64,000 nt of DNA from positions 130,720 through 194,719 of the forward strand of contig JAQGDQ010000444.1 of assembly GCA_030141605.1 (NCBI GenBank). Direction: 5' to 3'. The notes below the pieces were generated by a model, which had not been told where the DNA came from, did no database searches, and worked only from the letters and a program-made list of their open reading frames with translations. Made by a program: the position numbers and the translations under genes. The DNA comes from Tubiluchus corallicola. Taxonomy: Eukaryota; Animalia; Priapulida. The stretch's first letter is position 1. Each line of letters starts with the position of its first letter. This document shows positions 26,100-39,232 of this stretch, one piece after another.

Positions 26100-29035
26100 C
26101 ACTAAATTGTTCATCTTAATATTTTTTAAAAGAAATTGGCCAGTAGATCTTGCAGGTTTCTTAAAATTATTTGGGAAGCTTTTTGTATCATTTAAGTGTC
26201 TAGCTGATTAAATTAACTAATGAAATTGGCTTATGATGAACAAAACTTGTTTTCAGAGAAAACATTAAGCAAGTCGTGCATGCTCCCAGGTATATGTGAG
26301 GTATGTGCATGTATGTCATATATGTATGTATGACTGATTTTGTTCTTCACTCACAAAGGCTGAGGGCCAAAGAATTGTCTAGGAAGAAAACTGTTTTTCT
26401 GGAAACAGACTGTTCAGTGATTTTTTTATAAATATTTTTTCAGAAATGTGTTAAATAGCTTAGAGAACAATATTTGACAACACAATTAGTAACAGTAAAA
26501 ATATTATCACACCCACACAGACATTATAATGATAGTAATTGAAATGTTTTGAATGTTGAAAAAGATTTTATTCTTTAAATTGCCAATTTGTTTACTAACA
26601 GGTTATTATCAGTGGAGCTTCAAAAAGTTCATTTGGCTAAAGGTCACTTTAAAACCTGAAACATTTCACATATTCTGCCTACTGTGTCTCACTACAAGGT
26701 TGGAAACGTCTAGGAAGCCACAATTACGACATAATTTTTCTTCCAACAGCTTTATGAATCATGTGCAATGTTGTAAAGAATCAGCTGACTCTCAAATATC
26801 ACAGACTTGGTGAGATTGATGACTATGTTGAGTATGTATACAGCACATTGAAGTCAACTAAAGCGGTGCATCAACTGATATGTTTTATAATTTGTCATAA
26901 AGGAAGCTGGAATTGACAGCAAAACATTTCATGTAGAAGCTATAGCTGACAATTCTGTTCATTGGAACTTTTAAAATACATGATGAAAGAAATTATGCCA
27001 TAATTATATTGATATGCCAAGAAAATGAGCAAAAGTCCAAAACTGTTTGAAATGGACTGAATCCACGTTTGTTCATCTTGAGAACTAATCTAATCTAAAA
27101 AAGATTACTGATGATTATGATTAATGATTAATTGATTTTACCAGGCCTGCAAGAAACACTGAGTTACACTGTTGCTTCAGTGATTAGTTTATTTGACATT
27201 GTGAGATTTAATGAAGTATCTGTAAGTATGTGTAAATGTGAAAGCTTGTAATGACAATCATTTTTCATTTTGTATGGAACTTTGTGCTTTGCATAATAAC
27301 ACATTACAGCACTGTGCAAAAAGTATGTGTTGTATATCTTCAAACTGTCGTCAATACACTGGCATGATAGACTCGTAATTGTTTGGTGAACATAATAAAT
27401 TGTTTTGTACTATTACTCATTGTTTCTGTATAAAAGAAAGTTACCTTAAATATTCCACTTTTGGAACTTTTGCCTTATTACTCAGTGTTTCTGTATAGTG
27501 AGTCATAGCAAAAGAAATTTACATAGAATATTCTACTTTTGGAACTGAACAAGCAGCAGTCCCCTAGTCAAAAAAGAACTTCTTTCAAAATGTAGATACA
27601 TGTAGCAGACCTTTAGCTAACTTAGGCTCATGTGAACGAGCATACATCCTTGATCAACAGACTTTTCCATCGTGTTTTTTTCTGTTAGTGGTCACCTCCT
27701 TTTGTAATGTGGTAAACCTAGGAGGTGGTCCTACAGAAAATAGTAAATAAGTTAAAATGTAAAGCCTATATTATTATAATTAAGTAAAAAAATAATATAA
27801 TAAACATGTAATAATCATCAAGGCACATTCCATTTCGTCATTTTACTTCATATTTAACATGCATTGCCAAATTATACATTTTACCTGGAACGAAATACAT
27901 TTTTTAAAATAAATTAAATCATTTCTTATCAAAAGATCAATTACCATTACCACTAATTACCATTAAACATAGACTCTCGGTGAATAACTAAATAACATTA
28001 AACAAACTATACATACATTTTTGACGTCAAATCGTGACATCAAAACACAGAAATCAACACGTCATCACTGCTTTGAACACATTGAAACTTGAATGACAGG
28101 TATTTAAAAGTAGCACGCTAATATTGAAGCCAGATGTCACCACCTTACAAGTAAGAACAGGTAATTTAACTTAATCAAATCAAAACGCACATTTAACTAT
28201 TATTATAAACTATTTTGGTTATTTAATAAACAAAAATCTTCAACAGCCGTCACACAGACCTGCCTACAGTAAGCTGTCAACCATACTAAGTGGCTTGTTG
28301 TAAAATGAACATTAATTTCGGCTACCAGAAGGCTTTTATTGTTTCTGGTTTTTACATTTCAAAATTCAATTACATCATAAGAATTCAAAACAGATTTGTG
28401 GTTTAACTCCATTTCTCAGAAAAGTGTCTCCCTGTATTTGCCAGAAAAATAACTTTCCAAAAAAAATTTGTTTGTGCACGGGTTTGCGTCAGCTTTGAGA
28501 TATAAACTACTATAATGACAGAGTATTTTTTATGAAAAAATTTTTAGCTTTCTAGCTGCTGTAAAAGTCGACTGATTGTAACAGACATAGTCCGGAATGT
28601 GAAGCATTGGGATATTCAAGCACTGATTTGCGTCAGGTTTGAGATATGATGTACTACAATGACAGGGTATTTTTATGAAAAAAAAAAAAATTTTCTAGCT
28701 GCTGTAGAAGTCGACAGATTGTTAAATTTTTTGTCCGGAAAGTGAAGCATTGAGTTAATTGTGCACTAATTTGCGTCAGCTTTGAGATATAAAGTACTAC
28801 AATGACAAGGTATTTTTGTGCCAAATTTTGGTTTCCTAACTGCTGTAAAAGTCGACTGGTTATAACAGCTCTAGTCCAGAATGCGAAGCATTGCATTACT
28901 CGATTACTGATTTGCGTCAGCTTGAAGATATGACGTACTACAATGACACGGCACTTTTATGGAAAAAAAAAATTGTTTTCTAGCTGCTGTAAAAGTCGAC
29001 AAATTGTTACAGATCTAGTCAGGAATGCGAAGCGT
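26100..29035 (+). repeat. Module A, copy 2 (lacks the segment equivalent to ~740-2075)
   Basis: Colinear with 430-740 and then 2075-4075. Ends in ~143-bp tandem units at 28480-29035. Confidence 0.85.
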
Positions 29036-29627
29036 TAACAGGTTAATGAGCCAAGAATGTCAATTAAATTAAATGATAAATTTGATAAAAAATTCTGGTT
29101 AGATATTCCGGTAAGAGCAAAATACTTTAAGTACAGGATTTTGTCTTTTCTATACTTTAATTATGGAATCAAGAATTGGTGGGTCTATCACCAGGTGGTG
29201 CAGCCCTACCAGGTGGCGCTTCATCAGTGAGCAACAGAAGAGTAAACTTTTTGAAATGTTTTGCTTAATTATGCAAAATTTGGGCCGTTGTAGGCCTAAT
29301 GGCTAGTAGGACTAGCAGCCCAAGGCATTGTCTATGTCGAGTATTAGTCTCTTCATTCAAGAGTTGTGGTTTCCCAAGTTCAGATTTTCTACATGTGTTA
29401 AAGGAAAATAACAATTTTTGCAATTTGTCAAATTTCTGTAGTTTCCGATTAGACGAAGAAAAAGAGGAGAAATCTTAAAAAACAGAGCATCTATACTCTA
29501 TACTATACTATTTGTATAAGTGTTTCGTATTTTTACGATTTCCTGTTTGCGTATCAAGAGCATTTAAAGGAAAACATTTTATTATAATTTAATATTTTTC
29601 ATGTTTTACCAAAATTGGCATGTTTTA

Positions 29628-31280
29628 TTAGCAACCACACTTATTTACTTACTTTCTGTGCAACTGCACTTTTTCACTAACTATTACAACAACCGCACTT
29701 AATTACTTCCAATCTGCACAACAGCAGGCAATTACTTGTTTTCTGTGCAACTGCACTTTTTTGTTGACAACCACACTTAATTACTTACATTCTGCACAAC
29801 TGCACTTAATTATATATTTTCTGCACAACCGCACTTTTTTGCTGAGAACCATGACAACCGCACTTAATTACTTACATTCTGCACAACCGCACTTTTTCAC
29901 TGAGAATCACAACAACCGCACTTAATTACTTACATTCTGCACAACCGCACTTAATTACTTACTTTCTGCACAACTGCACTTAATTACTTACATTCTGCGC
30001 AACTGCAGTCAATTACTTGTTTTCTGTGCAACTGCACTTTTTTGTTGACAACCACAACAACCGCACTTAATTGCATACATTCTGCGTAACTGCACTTTTT
30101 TGATGAGTACCACAACAACCGCACTTAATTACTTATTTTCTGCGCAACTGCACTTTTTCGCTAACTATCACAACTACCACACTTAATTACATACATTCTG
30201 TGCAACAGCACTTTTTTGCTGACAACCACAAAAACCGCACTTAATTACTTATTTTCTGCACAACCACACTTTTTTGCTGACAACCACAACAACCGCACTT
30301 AATTACTTATTTTCTGCACAACTGCACTTTTTTTGCTGACAACCACAACAACCGCACTTAATTACTTATTTTCTGTGCAACCGCACTTTTTTGCTGAGTA
30401 CCACAACAACTGCACTTAATTACTTATTTTCTGCGCAACTGCACTTTTTCGCTAACTATCACAACTACCGCACTTAATTACATACATTCTGTGCAACAGC
30501 ACTTTTTTGCTGACAACCACAAAAACCGCACTTAATTACTTATTTTCTGCACAACCGCACTTTTTTGCTGACAACCACAACAACCGCACTTAATTACTTA
30601 TTTTCTGTGCAACCGCACTTTTTTGCTGAGTACCACAACAACCGCACTTAATTACTTATTTTCTGCGCAACTGCACTTTTTCGCTAACTATCACAACTAC
30701 CGCACTTAATTACATACATTCTGCGCAACAGCACGTTTTTGCTGACAACCACAACAACCGCACTTAATTACTTCTTTTCTGTGCAACCGCACTTTTTTGC
30801 TGAGTGCCACAACAACTGCACTTAATTACTTATTTTCTGCGCAACTGCACTTTTCCGCTAACTATCACAACTACCGCACTTAATTACATACATTCTGCGC
30901 AACAGCACTTTTTTGCTGACAACCACAAAAACCGCACTTAATTACTTATTTTCTGCACAACCGCACTTTTTTGCTGACAACCACAACAATTGCACCTAAT
31001 TACTTATTTTCTGTGCAACCGCACTTTTTTGCTGAGTACCACAACAACCGCACTTAATTACTTATTTTCTGCGCAACTGCACTTTTTCGCTAACTATCAC
31101 AACTACCGCACTTAATTACATACATTCTGCACAAAAGCACTTTTTTGCTGACAACCACAAAAACCGCACTTAATTACTTATTTTCTGCACAACTGCACTT
31201 TTTTGCTGACAACCACAACAACCGCACTTTATTACTTATTTTCTGTGCAACTGCACTTTTTTGCTGACAACCACAACAGC
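29628..31280 (+). repeat. 58-bp satellite (dimer of the 29-bp family) with higher-order structure
   Basis: Unit accgcacttaattacttattttctgcacaaccgcacttttttgctgacaaccacaaca. The variant cgctaactatcacaactac recurs at spacings of ~291, 232, 174 and 232 bp. Confidence 0.95.
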
Positions 31281-32590
31281 AAGAATGGCAACACCAACTG
31301 CAGCAGCAACGACTACGATGAAGACGACAACAACAACAACAGCAATAACAGCAAGAGCGGCAATAGATTGAAGAGCAGTAACAGCGCCAAGAACAAGAAC
31401 GATGACGACACAGCCTTTGTGAAAAGGGTTTATTTAAAAAAGAAAAGCAATGGCAAGCAACAAGAATTAACGCTGGAATGAAAAAAGTTTTTTCAAATAT
31501 CCCAAACATTGAAAGTTGTTAAAATATTGTTACTTTTGTGCTTCAATGTTCATTTCAGGGAGTAAATCATTTTCAAGGTTGGTCATTGCCCAGTAGTTCT
31601 CACGCTGCTAAGATTCACTTCAAAAAAACGAGATTATTATTGTCAGCTTACGTTTCACTCGTGCGTTTTTAGTCTAATGTTTGTGTAAGCAGATTACATG
31701 GACGTTTCATTTGTGTTACGGATCAAAATTTTCCTTTGTGTGAGGCGCGTGATGGCATAAACTGCGTCTTAGCTCAGCACTTCACAAGATTTCACCTATT
31801 ATTAAATTCCAGACAGAATTATTGGGGATTGAAATCTTTTTTGTCGGCTGGGTGTAACCTGCCTCTTAGGTAAGCACTTTAAAAAGATTATAGATAAGCT
31901 GCTCTTTTGGGTGCAGAGATGCGTCTCAAGATGTCTGCAATTTGGTATGTGAAATCTGCCGCCAGGATTATAAGTTTCAAAAGGGAGGGTTATTATCTCT
32001 GAAATCATTATTAAATTCCAGACAGAATTATTGGGGATTAAAATCTTTCTTTGTCGGTAGGGAGTACTCGCCACTCAGGTAAACACTTCAAACGGATTAT
32101 AAATAAGCTGCTCTTTTGTGTGCAGAGAGAGCGCGTCTCAAGATGTCTGCAATTTTGTGAAATCTGCCGCCAGGATTATTAATTTCAAAAGAGAGGTTAT
32201 TATCTCTGAAGTCATTATTAAATTCCAGACAAAATTATTGAAGATATTTATTTGTTTGCAGGGTGTGAACGGCGCATCATCTCAAATACTTTAGAAGATT
32301 TTAAAAAGCAATAAGCTCCTCTTTGTGTACAGAGAGCATGTCTTAAGAGGTCTGGATCCAATTCAGCGTTTTGCCGGGATTACAAGTTTCTAATGCGAAT
32401 TCTGGAGAAAATTGTTGAAGATTAAAATTGTATTTGAGTAGGGCTGTGTGAATAGCGTTTTGTGATCAATTCAAATACTTAACAACATTTATAATTAAGC
32501 AGCCCCCCTTTGCACAGACAGCGCCTCTCGAGTTGTTCGGTATTTGACATTTTATGTCATAAAATAAATAACAACTAAGTAAAGCTAATC
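31280..32590 (+). repeat. Diverged module B copy
   Basis: (CAA/GAC)n tract, then ggtcattgccca.gtagttctcacgctgctaa, then attaaattccagacagaattattgggga units, in the same order as 20560-21790. Confidence 0.85.
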
Positions 32591-33164
32591 TTGCAGTCAG
32601 CTAATCTAAGTTACCTGAACCTGTAAAACATCATGAAAAGTGCTGGTACAAGCAATGTAACAATGATTTAAAAAGGAAAAAAAATTGATCAAATAAGAAT
32701 AATTTTTCAGAAATTCCTAAAACAAATTTTGACTAGATTTATTCTGTCCTTCAAACTATGTATAAGGCAATGGCAGTTTCATTAATGCTGATAAATTAAT
32801 GATTTCTGAGGTCATAAATTTGGTCAACAATAAGTTTATTTTAACACAAGACTGAATCGTTGGACTGAACATTAACATGTTATACTGGAATAAAATAAAT
32901 GCTAACATTTTGTATTAAATTTCCTTATTACATAAAGCAATGATCTAGTTTCAGCTGAACTAAAGACGTTACATTTTCAATATTTATAAATTTTGCAAAC
33001 TTTTTTTAACATTGCTACGTGTTTGTTTAAAAAATAGTTTCCATAAGATAACTGCGCTTCGCAATATATTTATCTCTAAAATATTTACGAATTTATTATA
33101 TAAACACCAATGACAATGACGTTTGAAAACAGCTTTATTTTGAAAAAGCTTTTGGGTTGCGCGA

Positions 33165-34545
33165 TGGATTTGTGAAGTCTTGTAAAGTGTCTGAGGTGAG
33201 ATGCAGTTCACGCCCAGGGCACAATGAAAGATGTAATCTTGAGCAATTTCGTCTGGAAATTAATAATGATTGAAAATAATTGTACTCGCTTTTGAAATTG
33301 ATAGCAAATCTTTTCGGCAAATTTCACAAAAGCCCTAAATTGCAGACAACTTGAGACGTGCTCTCTGCGCACAAAAGAGAAGCTTAATGGTTTTTCAAAA
33401 TCTTGTGAAGTGTTTGAGTTACGCACAAAGAAGGATTTTAATCTTGTCTGGAATTTATTGACTTAAAAAGCACCGAAAATAATTATCCTCGCTTTTGAAA
33501 TTGATAATCTTTTCGGCAAATTCCACAAAAGCCCTAAATTGCTGACAACTTGAGACGTGCTCTCTTCACACAAAAGAGAAGATTAATTATAAATCTTTTG
33601 AGGTGTTTACCAGAGCGGCATGTTACACCCTGCCTGCAAAGGAATGTTTTAATCCCTAAATTGCAGACAACTTGAGACGTGCTCTCTGCACACAAAAGAG
33701 AAGATGAATTATAAATCTTTTGAAATGTTTACCAGAGCCGCATGTTACACTCTGCTGACAAAGGAGCATTTTAATCCCTAAATTGCAGACAACTTGAGAC
33801 GTGCTCTCTGCACACAAAAGAGAAGATGAATTATAAATCTTTTGAAGTGTTTACCAGAGCGGCAGGTTACACCCTGCCTGCAAAGAAAGATTTTAATCCC
33901 TAATAATTCTGTTTGGAATTTAATAACGATTGATAAGCTGACAATAATAATCTCTCTCTTTGAAGTGGTTTAGCAAGTTTATACAAGAATCTTAGCAGCT
34001 TGAGAACTACATGGGCAATGACCAACCTTGAAGTGGTCTGATTTTGATAAAATATATCAATAATGAGGTAATGAGGTCTCAAAACAAGAAACTCATAACA
34101 GTTTTGCAACATTTGGTTATTTGAAAAACTTGTGTTGACTCTTGTTGTTTTGTGAAGTATAACTTTTTTACAATAACTGTGTCATTGTTGTTTTGTCCTA
34201 GTCGCTGCTGATCCAGATTAGACTGTCACTCTAGTTAATGTTTCTGCTGTTTTTGTTGTTGCTTGCTGGCGACGATGACGACGATGACGATGACAATGAC
34301 AATGATGTTGGTGATGATGATGATGATAATGACGATGAGGATTTCACTCTGCTCTTCTTGTTGTTTATATATAAGAAGCTTTATACTTTTATGCTAATAA
34401 TTTTTGCTAGAAAAAAGTCCACTTTCATCAACCTTCACCTGAACTGGCACCCGCATTTATCTGGAAAAAACGACCAACAGAAAATATGGTTGCCCTAAGT
34501 CCCTAATCGTATGTCCGCATAAATCATGGGAATGTTTTTGTACAA
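33165..34545 (-). repeat. Module B, inverted copy of ~20050-21545
   Basis: Reverse-complement similarity throughout, including the (GAT/GAC)n tract at 34270-34340. Confidence 0.92.
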
Positions 34546-35725
34546 GTAAATATCTGCGGTTGCATAGAAAATAAGTAAATATGTGCGGTTGCATAGAAAA
34601 TAAGTAAATATGTGCGGCTGCATAGAAAATAAGTAAATATGTGCAGTTGCACAGAAAATAAGAAAATATGTGCGTTTGCAGCGAAAATATGTAAATATGT
34701 GCAGTTGCATAGAAAATAAGTTAAATATGTGCGGTTGCATAGAAAATAAGAAAATATGTGTGGTTACATAGAAAATAAGTAACTATGTGCAGTTGCATAG
34801 AAAATAAGTAAATATGTGAGGTTGCATAGAAAATAAGAAAATATGTGTGATTGCATAGAAAATAAGTAACTATGTGCAGTTGCATAGAAAATAAGTAAAT
34901 ATGTGTGGTTGCATAGAAAATAAGTAAATATGTGCGTTTGCAGCGAAAATATGTAAATATGTGCAGTTGCATAGAAAATAAGTTAAATATGTGCGGTTGC
35001 ATAGAAAATAAGTAAATATGTGCTGTTGCATAGAAAATAAGTAAATATGTGCAGTTGCATAGAAAATAAGAAAATATGTGCGGTTGCATAGAAAATAAGT
35101 AAATATGTGCGGTTGCATAGAAAATAAGTAAATATGTGCGGTTGCATAGAAAATAAGTAAATATGTGCGGTTGCATAGAAAATAAGTAAATATGTGCAGT
35201 TGCATAGAAAATAAGAAAATATGTGCGTTTGCAGCGAAAATATGTAAATATGTGCAGTTGCATAGAAAATAAGTTAAATATGTGCGGTTGCATAGAAAAT
35301 AAGTAAATATGTGTGGTTACATAGAAAATAAGTAACTATGTGCAGTTGCATAGAAAATAAGTAAATATGTGTGGTTGCATAGAAAATAAGTAAATATGTG
35401 TGATTGCATAGAAAATAAGTAAATATGTGCAGTTGCATAGAAAATAAGTAAATATGTGCGGTTGCATAGAAAATAAGTAAATATGTGCGTTTGCAGCGAA
35501 AATATGTAAATATGTGCAGTTGCATAGAAAATAAGTTAAATATGTGCGGTTGCATAGAAAATAAGTAAATATGTGCTGTTGCATAGAAAATAAGTAAATA
35601 TGTGCAGTTGCATAGAAAATAAGTAAATATGTGCGGTTGCATAGAAAATAAGTAAATATGTGCAGTTGCATAGAAAATAAGTAAATATGTGCAGTTGCAT
35701 AGAAAATAAGTAAATATGTGCATTT
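34545..35725 (-). repeat. 29-bp satellite, ~40 units
   Basis: Unit atagaaaataagtaaatatgtgcggttgc. The variant gcgtttgcagcgaaaatatg recurs at ~262, 291 and 262 bp. Confidence 0.97.
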
Positions 35726-37058
35726 GCGCAGAAAATAAGTGCATGCGGTTGTTGTGGTTGTCAGCAAATAAGTGCAGTTTCGCAGAAAATAAGTTACTAA
35801 GTGTGGTTGCATAGAAAATAAGTGCGGTTGCGCAGAAAATAAGTTACTAAGTGTGGTTGCATAGAAAATAAGTGCGGTTGTTGTGGTTGCACAGAAAATA
35901 AGTGCGGTTGTGCAGAAAATAAGTTACTAAGTGTGGTTGCATAGAAAATAAGTTACTAAGTGCGGTTGTGCAAAAAATAAGTAATTTAGTGCGGTTCTGC
36001 AGAAAATAAGTTCGGTTGTTGTGCTTGTCAGCAAAAAAGTACGGTTGCACAAAAACTTAGTGCAGTTGTGCAGAAAATAAGTTACTAAATGCGGTTGTGC
36101 AGAAAATTAGTTACGGAGTGTGGTTGCGCAGAAAATAAGTTACTAAGCGTTATTGCATAGAAAATCAGTGCGGATGTTGTGATTGTCAGCAAAAAAGTGC
36201 GGTTGTGTAGAAAATAAGTGCAGTTATCGTGGTTGTCAGCAAAAAAGTGCGGTTGTGCAAAAAATAAGTTAATAAGTGTGATTGCATAGAAAATAAGTGC
36301 GGTTGTTGTGGTTGTCAGCAAAAAAGTGCGGTTGCACAGAAAGTATGTGCGGTTGCGCAAAAAATAAGTTACTAAGTGTGGTTGCACGGAAAATAAGTGC
36401 AATTGTTGTGGTTGTCAGCAAAAAAGTGCGGTTGCGCAAAAAAAAGTTACTATGTGCGGTTGCACAGAAAATAAGTTACTAAGTGTGGTTGCATAGAAAA
36501 TAAGTGCGGTTGCGCAGAAAATAAGTTACTAAGTGTGGTTGCATAGAAAATAAGTGCGGTTGTTGTGGTTGCACAGAAAATAAGTGCGGTTGTGCAGAAA
36601 ATAAGTTACTAAGTGTGGTTGCATAGAAAATAAGTTACTAAGTGCGGTTGTGCAGAAAATAAGTAATTTAGTGCGGTTCTGCAGAAAATAAGTTCGGTTG
36701 TTGTGCTTGTCAGCAAAAAAGTGCGGTTGCACAAAAACTTAGTGCAGTTGTGCAGAAAATAAGTTACTAAGTGCAGTTGCACAGAAAATTAGTTACGGAG
36801 TGTGGTTGCGCAGAAAATAAGTTACTAAGCGTTATTGCATAGAAAATCAGTGCGGATGTTGTGATTGTCAGCAAAAAAGTGCGGTTGTGCAGAAAATAAG
36901 TGCAGTTATTGTGGTTGTCAGCAAAAAAGTGCGGTTGCGCAAAAAATAAGTTAATAAGTGTGATTGCATAGAAAATAAGTGCGGTTGTTGTGGTTGTCAG
37001 CAAAAAAGTGCGGTTGCACAAAAAACTAGTGCGGTTGTGCAGAAAATAAGTTACTAAT
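35725..37058 (-). repeat. Irregular 29-bp-family satellite containing a 682-bp tandem duplication
   Basis: 35847-36050 and 36529-36732 are near-identical at an offset of 682. Confidence 0.92.
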
Positions 37059-37074
37059 AAAGCTAATAAATAAA

Positions 37075-39232
37075 TAAAGCTTAATGTTTATCTGCAATAA
37101 ATTAATCTGGCTCAATGATTTAATCTGGGTCATTACATCTTCAATTTTGCTTTATCTTGGTTTTAAGGCCTTTACAAAGCAAAAACTTTTGTTTTACTTT
37201 GTTTTGCTATTTGGAAAATCATTTGCGAGAGCTGCTGGTTTTGAATGCATCCGACTGTTTTGTGCACAGTATGACCGTGTGAACCAGCACTGTGCTGCCA
37301 TCTGGCAATGAATACAATATGGAAACAGCTTACATAACAAAGCATCATAATTTTTTATAGTAATTCTTTCAAATGCATCTGCTGTTGTGCGCGCAGTAAG
37401 CCCATCATGCCTTGCATGGTGCTTCCATCTGGCACGAAAATAATAAGAAAACAGTTTATGTTGCCCTATAACAAAGTTTTATAATTTTTGCCGTGTACTG
37501 GCTTTAAATGTACACGATGGTTGTGTGCACTACAAAACCATCTGAACCTGCACTGTGCTGCCATCTGGCAAAGAAAATAATATGAAAATAGCTTACACTA
37601 CCATGCAAAAAATCTGTATAATTTTTGCGGAGTGCTGCTTTCAAACCAGCTGCGCGCAAGACAAGCAAACCAGAGCCAGCACTGTGCTGCCATCTAGCAA
37701 CAAAAATAATATGGCAACTGCTTATGCTGTCCTGTAACTTAAGCTTCGTAATTTCTGTGGAGTACTGGTTTTAAATGCTTTTGAGTGTTCTCCGCACACT
37801 AAGTCCACCAGAGACTGCACTGTGCTGCCACCTAGCAACGGAAATAAAATGAAAACAGCTTATGCTGCCTTGTAAAAATGCTTCTTAATTTCTGTAGACT
37901 GCTGATTTTAACTGCACTTGACTGTTATGCACACGGTAAGTTCATCACACGTTGCACTGTGCTGCCATCTGGCAACGGAAATAATATGAAAACATCTTAT
38001 GCTGCTGTGAAACAATAATTCCAGACACAATTATAAGGGATTAAAATCTTTCTTTGTCGGCAGGGAGTAACCTACCACTCAGGTAAACACTTCAAAAAGA
38101 TTGATTATTATTATCAGCTTATCAATCGTAATTAAATTCCAGACAAAATTATAAGGGATTAAAATCTTTCTTTGTAGGCTGGGAGTTACCTACCACTCAG
38201 GTAAACACTTCAAAAAGTGAGATTATTATTATCAGCTTATCAATCGTTGTTAAATTCCAGACAGAATTATTGAGGATTAAAATCTTTCTTTGTCGGCAGG
38301 GAGTAACCTGCCACTCAGGTAAACACTTTAAAAAGATGGATTATTATTATCAGCTTATCAATCGTTGTTAAATTGCAGACAGAATTATTGAAGATTAAAA
38401 TCTTTCTTTGTCGGCAGGGAGTAACCTGCCACTCAGGTAAACACTTCAAAAGGATTATAAATAAGCTGTTCTTTTGTGTGCAGAGAGAGCGCGTCTCAAG
38501 ATGTCTGCAATTTAATGTTTTGCGGAATTTCAAAAGTCGGTGTTATTATTTTCGGTTTGCTTCAGTCATTATTAAATTTTAAAATTGTTGAAAGCTATAA
38601 TCTTTCTTTGTGTGCAGGGTGTAAACTGAATTTCAGAAGAAATACTTTAGAAGATTTTAATAACCATCGGGCTGTTCTCTGTGTGCAGAGAGAGCGTATC
38701 ATGATTGGTCTGCAATTTGTCATTTTAGAAAACCTGCCGCCAGGATTATAAATTTTAAATGTAAATTTCAAATTGTTGAAGATTAAAGCTTTCGTTATCT
38801 GAGATTGTAAGCTCTATCCGTAGCAGCTCATATAGTAATAGTAGTTGTTGTGGTTTATTGATCGTAAAATTAATATTTACAATCTTCGACAGGGATAGCC
38901 GAATTGAAAAATTTCATTGTCAAAAATTTAGCCTTTTTCAGAAAACAGCAAAATTATACAAAGGTATAATTGTGAAAATTATACAATGTGTATAATAAAT
39001 TGTGAAAAAAATTAAGGTACGATAATGACTGAACTGAAACTAGAAGATGATTCAGCAATGTAGATAGAAACAACGAAAATGAGCTTTGCACAGTTTTTGA
39101 GCAATTTTTGCGGGATCTTTGCGCAGTTTTTGCGCGATCTTTGCGCCGTTATTGCGGGCGTTTTTGATGGAAAATTTCTAGTGAGTGTGAACGCTGGGTG
39201 GAGCTAAACAGTTGCTAAATGTTGTGGGCGGA
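37075..39232 (+). repeat. Segmental duplicate of 54437-59598 (shorter copy)
   Basis: Both begin taaagcttaatgtttatctgcaa and end ...ggagctaaacagttgct.aatgt. Contains six ~135-bp units and ~4 118-bp units. Confidence 0.92.

Noticed and set aside
29280-29400. Possible tRNA-derived SINE head (A/B-box-like words)
   Set aside because: The boxes are poor matches, there is no cloverleaf and no second copy in the window.
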